DNA from: Melioribacteraceae bacterium
GTDB lineage: Bacteria; Bacteroidota; Ignavibacteria; Ignavibacteriales; Melioribacteraceae
DNA: 64,000 nt
Direction of reading: 5' to 3'
Assembly (NCBI GenBank): GCA_021739765.1
Contig: JAIPBD010000021.1
Coordinates: 2,453-66,452, forward strand
The notes beneath the pieces are model-generated. The model ran no database searches, had not been told where the DNA came from, and saw nothing but the letters and a program-made list of their open reading frames with translations. Of the stretch, positions 18,458 to 26,973 are shown piece by piece; within the stretch, counting starts at the first letter, position 1; each line of letters starts with the position of its first letter. Made by a program: the position numbers and the translations under genes.

Positions 18458-18553
18458 TTTATCAGTTTGCCTATTTGTTGTATTTATTATATTTTAATGG
18501 AAATAAAAGATTCTTTTATCTTTTGATGAAATAAAACCTAAATGGAGGATGCA

Positions 18554-19099
18554 ATGAAATACAGAAATCTTTTTATCGTTGCGATTGCACTTATTTTTGC
18601 AGTAACAACTAACGCACAAGACAAATTTGAATACGTCGGAGTTAAGACATGTGGTATGTGTCATAAAAAAGCTGACGACGGCGAGCAATTGAAAATTTGG
18701 GAAGCTTCTGCACACGCAAACGCATATAAGACTCTTCAAACCGAAGAAGCAGACAAAATTGCTGCTGAAAAGGGATTTAAAACCAAAGCCGCAGAAACAG
18801 CTGATTGTTTGAAATGCCATGTTTCCGGACATGGAGTCGATGCTAAATTGATCGGCAAAAAATTCAAGATGGAAGATGGCGTGCAATGTGAAACTTGCCA
18901 TGGTCCGGGCTCTGAATACAAATCTAAAAAAGTGATGGAAAACAGAGAAGAAGCTGTTAAAAATGGAATGTTGGTTTTTGAAGATGTTGATAAAGAACTT
19001 TGCCAAACATGCCACAATGAAGAAAGTCCTACTTTCGTAAAATTTGATTACAAAGAAATGTGGGCAAAAATCGCACATCCGATTCCTGCAGCAAAATAA
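18554..19099 (+). CDS. Periplasmic tetraheme cytochrome c (c554-like)
   Basis: Signal peptide MKYRNLFIVAIALIFAVTTNAQ. Four motifs: CGMCH, CLKCH, CETCH, CQTCH. Confidence 0.85.
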   Translation: MKYRNLFIVAIALIFAVTTNAQDKFEYVGVKTCGMCHKKADDGEQLKIWEASAHANAYKTLQTEEADKIAAEKGFKTKAAETADCLKCHVSGHGVDAKLIGKKFKMEDGVQCETCHGPGSEYKSKKVMENREEAVKNGMLVFEDVDKELCQTCHNEESPTFVKFDYKEMWAKIAHPIPAAK

Positions 19100-19115
19100 A
19101 TTGGAATTCCAACAA

Positions 19116-20384
19116 ATGAAAAAATTTTTATTCGTATTGTTTGTGTTATGCCTGAGTTTTTCAACTCAGGCACAACATTTCTCAGGTAGATTTTCTTCTT
19201 CCTTGTACTCGTTCGAAAGATTTACCGATAAGCAAAACTCAGAAACGAACCTTCGCTCATTTCAAACTTTATATTTTAATCTGGGCAATAAAGATTACTC
19301 ATTAAAATCAAGATTGAATCTTGAAACTAATTTGATGAATTCGCTTGACAACGATCCGAGGCTCAGATTCTATAATCTTTATGTCGAAGCCAGAAATATA
19401 TTTGATATCGCAACCGTAAAATTGGGAAGACAAACCCTTTTTAACAGTGCGGCCGGCGGATTATTTGACGGGCTGAGTTTTAAAGCAAATTATTCTATGT
19501 TCAAATTCGAAGGTTACTTTGGCGGGAATGTACCGGCTTATCAAAAACTGGCAATCATCGATAATTTTGGCGACAATTATTTGCTGGGCGGAAAAATATC
19601 TGCATATCCACTCGAAAAAGTAAAGGTTGCCGTTTCATATATCAATAAAAACTACAAACCTCAAGATTATTTAGCAAATCGACTTGATACCTTGAATAAT
19701 CCGATAACATTATTGATCGAACAAAATTCGAATCAATTTGAATTTGTATCCGCGGAAGCTTCTTATTTTGATGATAAATTTTTGACCGTATTTTCAAAAA
19801 TTGAATATGACTTGAATTTTGCAACCGCATCCAAATTTGAAGTTAGCGGAAGATACTCACAAATCGATGATCTCGGAGTTAGTTTTTATTATAATTTCCG
19901 TGAACCGCGAATTCGTTATAACTCCATTTTTTCTGTTTTTAACTACGGAAGTACTCAGGAAATTGAAGGTGGACTGGATTATCGGTTAACACCCGAGATT
20001 CAGTTAATGACAAAATTTGGAAATGTAACGTATGAAGATGATGATGCTCAACGTTACACATTAGGATTTAATACCATTTACGGAAATATAAGTTACCGTG
20101 TTTCTACCGGTTATACCGGTGAGCTAAATTCACTTTCCGCATATACGGCAAAATCTTTTATGGATGGAATGATCACTCCATCAGTCGGAGTTTCATTTAC
20201 AGGTTACAAATTATCAAAAGATGAAGAAGAGAAATCAATAACTTCCGTTCTTGCCGGAATGAATTACAGACCGATGCGGAATTTATCTTTTGATTTGCAA
20301 GGTCAATTTTTTAATAATCCAATTTATTCCAATGATTTCCGTGTACTGTTTAAAGTGAATCATTGGTTTAATACTAACTTTTGA
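19116..20384 (+). CDS. Outer-membrane beta-barrel protein (porin-like)
   Basis: Signal peptide MKKFLFVLFVLCLSFSTQAQ. Alternating hydrophobic beta-strand pattern rich in Y/G/N/S. C-terminal ..NHWFNTNF ends in an aromatic residue. No Cys or heme motifs. Confidence 0.7.
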   Translation: MKKFLFVLFVLCLSFSTQAQHFSGRFSSSLYSFERFTDKQNSETNLRSFQTLYFNLGNKDYSLKSRLNLETNLMNSLDNDPRLRFYNLYVEARNIFDIATVKLGRQTLFNSAAGGLFDGLSFKANYSMFKFEGYFGGNVPAYQKLAIIDNFGDNYLLGGKISAYPLEKVKVAVSYINKNYKPQDYLANRLDTLNNPITLLIEQNSNQFEFVSAEASYFDDKFLTVFSKIEYDLNFATASKFEVSGRYSQIDDLGVSFYYNFREPRIRYNSIFSVFNYGSTQEIEGGLDYRLTPEIQLMTKFGNVTYEDDDAQRYTLGFNTIYGNISYRVSTGYTGELNSLSAYTAKSFMDGMITPSVGVSFTGYKLSKDEEEKSITSVLAGMNYRPMRNLSFDLQGQFFNNPIYSNDFRVLFKVNHWFNTNF

Positions 20385-20392
20385 TAATTAGT

Positions 20393-21598
20393 ATGAAGAT
20401 AAAGATATATTATCCAGTTCTTGCTTTATTCCTTTTTGTGCTTATAGCAGCATTTTCATTTTCAAATGAAGGGGAAAAGCCCTCAAACAATGAAGTAATT
20501 AAATTTTCGCATCAACTGCACGGCGAGATGATGTCTTGTGCGGAATGTCACACAGGCGTTGTTGAAAGCTCATCATTGAGTGATCGGTTGCTTCCGGAAA
20601 AAGATGTTTGTGCTGATTGCCACGATGTTGACGATGACGAAAATTGCCAAATGTGCCATTATGAAGAGGTTTATGAACCATTGGAAAGTGGGAAATCAAA
20701 GTTGATTTTCGACCATCAATTTCATGGCAATTTAGATGAACTTGAATGCGAAAGCTGCCACACGGGATTAGACGAAGTCGACTATAGTTTCGAATCAAAA
20801 TCTGTTTTACCGGGAATGTCGCAATGTTACACTTGCCACAACGAAAATGCTGTTGCAACGAACGCTTGTGAGGCATGCCATATTGAAACACACGATCTAC
20901 TCCCCGAAACTCACGCAATTGTGAACTTTTTAGATAATCACAGATTTATGGCAACAGAAATGGATGCTAATTGCGCGATGTGTCATGATGACGATTTTTG
21001 CGGTACATGTCATGAATCTACAACAATGCTCGGAGTCGCAAACACAGCATCTGATTTTTACACACCATATTCACCGCACACTTATACGGACGGCATCAAG
21101 CAACAACAAATTACCCGCGCCCATGATTTAACATACAGATTTACACATGGAATTGACGCAAAAGGTAAAACTAACGAATGTTCAACGTGTCACAATCAGG
21201 AAACATTCTGTGTTGAATGCCATAATATGGAAGGTGGAGATATTGCTATCGAAGGTTTTGTTCCTCATTCACATTCAGTTGATAATTTTGTGACTTTTGG
21301 GGTTGGAACCGGCGGTGGAGAACATGCTGTTCAAGCTAGAAGGGATATCGAAAATTGCGCTTCATGCCATGATACGCAAGGTGCTGATCCGAATTGTATT
21401 TTATGCCACACCGATCCGGATGGTATAAAAGGAACAAATCCTCGAACACATGAAACAAGTTTTATGTCGGATCTTAACGGTGATTGGCATAATGATGACG
21501 GATCTGTTTGTTACAATTGCCATACTGATGCATTTGCGACGGCTAAAGTTGCCGGTAACGGATTCTGTGGTTATTGCCACGGAGCAAATGTTGACTAA
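20393..21598 (+). CDS. 14-heme c-type cytochrome (c3/c7-type repeats), periplasmic or membrane-anchored
   Basis: 14 CxxCH motifs. N-terminal hydrophobic segment IYYPVLALFLFVLIAAFSF. F.H..H....C..CH units are typical of class III cytochromes. Overlaps the barrel gene stop. Confidence 0.85.
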   Translation: MKIKIYYPVLALFLFVLIAAFSFSNEGEKPSNNEVIKFSHQLHGEMMSCAECHTGVVESSSLSDRLLPEKDVCADCHDVDDDENCQMCHYEEVYEPLESGKSKLIFDHQFHGNLDELECESCHTGLDEVDYSFESKSVLPGMSQCYTCHNENAVATNACEACHIETHDLLPETHAIVNFLDNHRFMATEMDANCAMCHDDDFCGTCHESTTMLGVANTASDFYTPYSPHTYTDGIKQQQITRAHDLTYRFTHGIDAKGKTNECSTCHNQETFCVECHNMEGGDIAIEGFVPHSHSVDNFVTFGVGTGGGEHAVQARRDIENCASCHDTQGADPNCILCHTDPDGIKGTNPRTHETSFMSDLNGDWHNDDGSVCYNCHTDAFATAKVAGNGFCGYCHGANVD

Positions 21599-21627
21599 AG
21601 AAATTATAACCTTTTTTGGGAATCGAA

Positions 21628-23673
21628 ATGAAAATTAGAAATATACTGGCTCTCATCTTCTCTTTTCTTTTAATTACAGTCTCTTGTAGTGATATTCAGG
21701 AAGAGTTAAACTCTCCCGCTGAAATAGGAATACATGAAGAGGGATTCGGAGAAGTTGGATCTGATAATTCTCACATTCTTCACTTTCAAAAAGAGAATTG
21801 GAATTTGAAGGATTGCCAACAATGTCATGCTGCTGATTATTCCGGTGGAACTGCCAAATTTAGTTGTTTAACTTGTCATACTGATGAAGCCGGTCCGGAA
21901 GCGTGTAATACTTGTCATGGTGATTTTAGTGATTCTTCAAGAATAGCGCCGCCAACCGATTTGGCGGGAAATATGGAAAGAACCGAGCGCGGAGTTGGAG
22001 CCCATACTTCACATGTTTATGAAAATATGCTTGGTGCCGGAATCAGTTGTTATGAATGTCATCCATCAGCAACCGGCAGCGATGAGAAATATGTCTTTGC
22101 TCATGTTGGAGAATTGCCTGCCGATATGTTATTCGGAACAGTTGCTTCTTTAAATGGAAATCCAACTTACGACTTCGACGCATTAACTTGTCAGAACACT
22201 TATTGTCATGGAAGTTTTTCATTCGATAAACCTACGAACTATAAAGATTACGCTTATACGGCAAATCAAATTGTTGGAAAAAATTCAACAGTTAAATGGA
22301 CTGAAGAATATAATAGCTGCGACGGATGTCACGGTTTGCCTCCAACCGGACATATATATTCAGAATTGAATCAATGTTATTTGTGTCATGCCGATGTAGT
22401 AAATTCTTCAGGTGAAATAATTAATAAACTAAATCATTTGGATGGCGAAAAACAATCAGTTGCTGAGTCTGAACTTGAGAACTGTGCAAAATGTCATGGA
22501 AGCGCCCAGAGCGATGCTCCTCCGGTTTCATTGAGTGGAAGTTCTGATCCCACTGATCGTGGTGTCGGCGAACATGAAAAACATTTACTCACAACTTCTT
22601 TCACAAATCTGATTGAATGCGCCGAATGCCATACAGTTCCGGCAACGTATGACGCCGCAGGACACTTTGACGGCACCCAATACGCTGAAGTATTATTCGG
22701 AACATTGGCCGCATCGGATGGTGCTAATCCGCAATACAGTCAATCCACACTGAATTGTGATAATGTTTATTGCCACGGTGGTTTCGAATTTGAGAAACCG
22801 GCGACTTATGCTGCTTTCGCTTATTCTTCGGATAAAATCAGCGGAAACGATCCTTCGCTAAATTGGACCTCACAAGCTGCAAATGCAGAATGTGGAACAT
22901 GTCACGGTTTACCTCCAACCGGACATATTTATTCAGAATTAAACCAATGCTATTTGTGTCATGCTGATGTGGTTAACGCAAGCGGTGAAATTATAAGTAA
23001 AGACAATCATATCAACGCCGAGAAAAATGTAATAGCCCAAAATGATCTTGAAACTTGTAATTATTGTCATGGTGACAAAAATGCCGATCCGTCAGTTCTA
23101 GCAAATGCGGCTCCTCCGGTTGCCCTAAATGGAAGTTCTGATCCGAGTTACAGAGGGGTTGGCGCTCATGAAATTCATGTTCGAACAACGGAAATTTCAA
23201 ATTCAGCAGATTGCGCGGAATGTCATACTGTTCCGGCAACCTTCGATGCTCCCGGCCATTTTGATAATTCCCAATATGCGGAAGTCAATTTTGGTGAAAT
23301 AATCTCTGTTTCGCAGGCATCTTCTGCCGCTGAATTCAAATCTGCCGGTACTACATGCGCAAATACATATTGCCATGGTGGATTCAAAAACGGAAACATG
23401 GAAAATATAGTAAATTGGACTGGTGGCTCGGAAGAGGCGAAATGCGGTACATGCCATGGTGACCCCGATACCGGAAATCCTTTACCAACGGGAACTCACC
23501 CTCAAGTTCAAGATTGTTCACGTTGCCATCCTTCAGTCGTCTCTGTGACGGACGGTCATTATTCTTTTGTCGATAAATCAAAACATATTGATGGTAAAGT
23601 TACAATCGGTGGAACAACATTCGATTGGACCGATCTTCAATTAAAAAAATTAAAAGCCGGGATTGACTACTAA
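21628..23673 (+). CDS. Lipoprotein multiheme cytochrome with three ~190-aa modules (14 CxxCH + 3 CX4CH)
   Basis: Lipobox LITVSC. Modules contain CxxCHG, CxECH, CxNxYCHG (CX4CH), CxxCHGxPPTGH and CxxCH. The DNA of modules 1 and 2 is partly near-identical. Confidence 0.85.
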   Translation: MKIRNILALIFSFLLITVSCSDIQEELNSPAEIGIHEEGFGEVGSDNSHILHFQKENWNLKDCQQCHAADYSGGTAKFSCLTCHTDEAGPEACNTCHGDFSDSSRIAPPTDLAGNMERTERGVGAHTSHVYENMLGAGISCYECHPSATGSDEKYVFAHVGELPADMLFGTVASLNGNPTYDFDALTCQNTYCHGSFSFDKPTNYKDYAYTANQIVGKNSTVKWTEEYNSCDGCHGLPPTGHIYSELNQCYLCHADVVNSSGEIINKLNHLDGEKQSVAESELENCAKCHGSAQSDAPPVSLSGSSDPTDRGVGEHEKHLLTTSFTNLIECAECHTVPATYDAAGHFDGTQYAEVLFGTLAASDGANPQYSQSTLNCDNVYCHGGFEFEKPATYAAFAYSSDKISGNDPSLNWTSQAANAECGTCHGLPPTGHIYSELNQCYLCHADVVNASGEIISKDNHINAEKNVIAQNDLETCNYCHGDKNADPSVLANAAPPVALNGSSDPSYRGVGAHEIHVRTTEISNSADCAECHTVPATFDAPGHFDNSQYAEVNFGEIISVSQASSAAEFKSAGTTCANTYCHGGFKNGNMENIVNWTGGSEEAKCGTCHGDPDTGNPLPTGTHPQVQDCSRCHPSVVSVTDGHYSFVDKSKHIDGKVTIGGTTFDWTDLQLKKLKAGIDY

Positions 23674-23686
23674 TCCCGGGCTTTTC
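23657..23686 (+). terminator. Rho-independent terminator overlapping the stop codon
   Basis: ccgggatt-gactact-aatcccgg forms an 8-bp stem, followed by gcttttct. Confidence 0.6.
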
Positions 23687-23720
23687 TCCCTTAAACTAAC
23701 CCGCAAATAAATTTAAACGG

Positions 23721-23842
23721 TGTTTCATGCTAAAGCGTTTTGTTTCAAAACGTTTCATGAAACACTGTGTTTCAAATCCTCTAACTCCTTATAAAATAAC
23801 ATCTTAGTCAACTCTCTTTCATTAATGAAACAACTTGTTTCA
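23721..23842. promoter_or_regulatory. Cluster of (T/C)GTTTCA half-sites including palindromes (candidate enhancer/UAS)
   Basis: tgtttca at 23721, 23741 and 23768; cgtttca at 23751; palindrome gtttcatgaaac at 23752-23763; tgaaac-N5-gtttca at 23826-23842. Confidence 0.45.
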
Positions 23843-23884
23843 CCCTCAGTTTAAATAAAGCGCGATTTAAGTCTATAATCATCA

Positions 23885-23899
23885 TGGCACTCGTTTTGA
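23885..23899 (+). promoter_or_regulatory. Candidate sigma-54 promoter TGGCAC-N5-TTGA
   Basis: Perfect -24 TGGCAC with canonical spacing to TTGA (the -12 is GA, not GC). Lies 37 nt upstream of the ATG at 23936. Confidence 0.5.
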
Positions 23900-23935
23900 G
23901 TATTAGTATTAAAACAAAACGGTGGAACTACTATA

Positions 23936-25333
23936 ATGAAAAAGACTATTTCCTCTTTAATTCTATTTTTTACACTATCGATTTTCGTTTCGTTTGGCTG
24001 TCAGGAAGAAGCGGATACGAACATTGCTATTCCGGCAGAAACAGTTGCACAAACCAATTCCTGCGAAGGCTGCCACACAAATTACGATCATCTGAAAAAA
24101 GTATACACACCTGAAGAACCATCAACTGAAGAAAGCCATGGCTGCGGCGGACCTCCGCCGTATTATGAACCCTATGACAGAGTTTATTTAGGTGGTGATG
24201 GTTACAATGAATTCAAGTCTGGTATTCACGGCCAAATCGGATGCGTTGGTTGTCACAATGGTGTTGAAGGTACTTCTGATAAAACCGTGGCTCACTCGGG
24301 AAGTTTTACGGCAAAGCCTTCCTTAAACTCCGAAGATGCGTGTGGTAAATGTCATCCGACCATTGTTGCTCGCGCAAAAAATAGTTTGCACGAACAAGGC
24401 TGGGGACAGAAGGCAATGGTTGTTAGAAGATCGGGAACAGGCACGAGTCCGACGGATTTTCACAATTTGTCTGATCTGATGAAGGAGGGTTACACAAAAA
24501 ACTGTATGAAATGTCACGCAACTTGCGGTGATTGTCATATTGTTCGACCAAATGCAAAAGGAGGGGGATTAGAAAGCGGACATAATTTTGTTAAAACACC
24601 CGATATGCGCGAAACTTGTGTCGGATGCCATGAAAGTCGAGGTGGTCATGCTTATTTCGGAATGGCCATTGGTACAAAACCGGATATTCATTTATCCGAA
24701 GCTGGATTCAATTGTATGGATTGTCACTCAAAAAATGAAGTTCATGGCGACGGAAATATTTATGATCAAAGATACAAAATGCCACTTTTGCCTTCTTGTG
24801 AAGATTGCCATAACGGATTAGAAACAGTCAATCCATTTCACACAAAACATTTCGATTCTTTTAACTGCCAAACCTGCCATTCGCAAGATTATAATAACTG
24901 TGGAAGTTGTCATATAGGTGGTGAAGGCGCAAGAATTGCTTCTCACCAAAAATTCAAAATTGGTTTAAATCCAATCCCGGAAACAAAACCATATCGTTTG
25001 GCAACAGTAAGAGAATCGCTTTCTGCTCCGGATAGTTGGGCGAATTACGGAATTGATAACCTATCCAACTTTGATGTCGCGCCCACTTACAAATACACAA
25101 CTCCTCATAATATTCAAAGGTGGACAACAAGAACAACAATCGATACGGTTTACGATTCTTCCCAACCGGATTGTGCTCAAAGTTGTCATATCGTAAAAAA
25201 TAGTGATGACGGATCGTATATCAATAAAGAATATTACCTATTTGATAGCGACCTCTTAGACTGGGAAAAGAACGCGACAAAAAATGTAGTAGTTGACGGT
25301 CAATTACCTCTGAGTTGGGGAACTGATCTTTAA
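23936..25333 (+). CDS. Lipoprotein multiheme cytochrome c (10 CxxCH + 1 CX3CH)
   Basis: Lipobox VSFGC. Motifs: CEGCH, CVGCH, CGKCH, CMKCH, CGDCH, CVGCH, CMDCH, CEDCH, CQTCH, CGSCH and CAQSCH. Confidence 0.85.
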   Translation: MKKTISSLILFFTLSIFVSFGCQEEADTNIAIPAETVAQTNSCEGCHTNYDHLKKVYTPEEPSTEESHGCGGPPPYYEPYDRVYLGGDGYNEFKSGIHGQIGCVGCHNGVEGTSDKTVAHSGSFTAKPSLNSEDACGKCHPTIVARAKNSLHEQGWGQKAMVVRRSGTGTSPTDFHNLSDLMKEGYTKNCMKCHATCGDCHIVRPNAKGGGLESGHNFVKTPDMRETCVGCHESRGGHAYFGMAIGTKPDIHLSEAGFNCMDCHSKNEVHGDGNIYDQRYKMPLLPSCEDCHNGLETVNPFHTKHFDSFNCQTCHSQDYNNCGSCHIGGEGARIASHQKFKIGLNPIPETKPYRLATVRESLSAPDSWANYGIDNLSNFDVAPTYKYTTPHNIQRWTTRTTIDTVYDSSQPDCAQSCHIVKNSDDGSYINKEYYLFDSDLLDWEKNATKNVVVDGQLPLSWGTDL

Positions 25334-25383
25334 AAAATGATAAATCAAAAAACATCTCAAACAAAATCTCAAGGAGTTACACA

Positions 25384-26367
25384 ATGCAACTAAGAAAAAT
25401 GTATTACCTGTTACTTATTCTTCCTCTAATTATATTTAACACTGCGTGCGAGGACGAGAATACAAACGAACCCGTGGCGATCAACGAAGCACAAGTTTTG
25501 GTTGAATACATGGAAGATAACGGTGACTTTATCAATACCGCCGCTCCTGCAATGATAGTTTCTTCAGATGTGTATGCCAATATTTTGGCTAGCACAGATC
25601 AAGTTATTCTTGATATCAGAAGTGCCGCCGATTTTGCAAATGGACATATTCAAGGCGCTGTAAACGTTACTACGGCTAATATCTTGGATTATTATGAAAC
25701 GAATAACCTCGATTCAAAAAGTGTTGTCGTTATCGCTTGCTATAGTGGTCAAACAGCGGGTTGGGCAACCGGTTTATTAAGATTGCTCGGATATGATAAC
25801 GTAAAAGATCTTAAATGGGGAATGAGCTCATGGAATAGTGCAACCTCAGGAAGTTGGGTAAATAGCATTGGCAATTCTCGTTCAACTTCTCTTGTTACTA
25901 CTGCAACCGCTAAAGCCGCGGTCGGTAATTTACCAACATTAAACACAGGTAAAACAACAGGGGCTGATATTTTAAGAGAGAGAGTTCAAACAGTTTTAAC
26001 CGAAGGGTTTGATGGAGCAAAAGTAACAAATAGCGATGTTTTTACGAATTCGTCTAATTATTATATTGTCAATTACTGGAGTGAAGATCATTACAATTGG
26101 GGACATATCCCAGGCGCAATTCAATACACACCAGGTTCTAGTTTGAAATTAGATGCTGACCTTAAAACATTACCGACAGATCAAACTGTTGCGGTTTACT
26201 GCTATACAGGTCAAACATCTGCTCATGTTGCGGCATACTTAAGGGTTGTTGGTTATGATGCAAAATCAATTGTATACGGCGTAAATGGAATGTCGTACGA
26301 TGCAATGCCGGGTACTAAATTTGTAGAATCAAGCGAAGTTCGTGACTACGCTCTGGTTACTGATTAA
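25384..26367 (+). CDS. Tandem-rhodanese sulfurtransferase lipoprotein
   Basis: Lipobox FNTAC. Two rhodanese domains with active-site loops CYSGQTAGW and CYTGQTSAH. Confidence 0.85.
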   Translation: MQLRKMYYLLLILPLIIFNTACEDENTNEPVAINEAQVLVEYMEDNGDFINTAAPAMIVSSDVYANILASTDQVILDIRSAADFANGHIQGAVNVTTANILDYYETNNLDSKSVVVIACYSGQTAGWATGLLRLLGYDNVKDLKWGMSSWNSATSGSWVNSIGNSRSTSLVTTATAKAAVGNLPTLNTGKTTGADILRERVQTVLTEGFDGAKVTNSDVFTNSSNYYIVNYWSEDHYNWGHIPGAIQYTPGSSLKLDADLKTLPTDQTVAVYCYTGQTSAHVAAYLRVVGYDAKSIVYGVNGMSYDAMPGTKFVESSEVRDYALVTD

Positions 26368-26375
26368 TTTATTTA

Positions 26376-26409
26376 GTGTAGCATGGGAAACTTCCATGCT
26401 ACACTTTTT
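26376..26409 (+). terminator. Strong rho-independent terminator after the rhodanese gene
   Basis: gtgtagcatgg-gaaactt-ccatgctacac forms an 11-bp perfect stem, followed by ttttt. Confidence 0.8.
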
Positions 26410-26448
26410 CCAAAATTTACTAACTTTGGGGAAAGTTTAGGTACAAAA

Positions 26449-26901
26449 ATGAGTGAAATGTTAGGAAATCAGTACTTTATGGCAAGAAAATATTTACTCG
26501 CTGAATCGGAATTGGCAGCTTGTTTGGAAGAATATCCCCATAGTAAGTCAATAAAAAGAAAGCTGATAGTTTGTTACGCTCAAAACGGAAATCTAAACAA
26601 GGCGTTGGAATTGTTTTCATCGCTGATTAATCAAGATATCGAGTTTATAATTAATGCCGATCCTATCATAGATGACTGTCCTTGCGAAGAAATAATTGAC
26701 GAACTCGAAAAACACAGAGAGCATAATTACAGTGCTGCCGAGTATGATTTGTTTTTGGGGATAGTTTGGTTGTTCTGTAATGCAAAAACTTCGCTCAAGT
26801 ACCTCCGTAAGGCTGCAAAAACTCTACATAATAATAAATTCCTAAATTCATCAATCAATTGTTTGGAAGAATATTATAATTCTAATGCACAATCAGTTTA
26901 A
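26449..26901 (+). CDS. Hypothetical protein (possibly TPR-like helical)
   Basis: ORF retained from MSEML. The first 22 codons of the track ORF coincide with the terminator hairpin. No recognisable motif. Confidence 0.4.
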   Translation: MSEMLGNQYFMARKYLLAESELAACLEEYPHSKSIKRKLIVCYAQNGNLNKALELFSSLINQDIEFIINADPIIDDCPCEEIIDELEKHREHNYSAAEYDLFLGIVWLFCNAKTSLKYLRKAAKTLHNNKFLNSSINCLEEYYNSNAQSV

Positions 26902-26973
26902 GATGCGAATATCCTTTTATCGAACAACCGCTTTCGTTATTTTTAATGAACAAATTTCCACTTTTTGGCTTCG

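Noticed and set aside
15669-20918. Antisense ORFs 15669-16283 (204 aa), 17396-17836 (146 aa), 18494-19078 (194 aa) and 20499-20918 (139 aa)
   Set aside because: Each lies entirely opposite a well-supported cytochrome gene. Their Cys- and His-rich, low-complexity translations are shadows of CxxCH-rich coding sequence.
26383-26448. N-terminal 22 codons of track ORF 26383-26901 (MGNFHATLFPKF...)
   Set aside because: This segment coincides with an 11-bp-stem terminator hairpin plus T-tract for the rhodanese gene. The start was moved to 26449.
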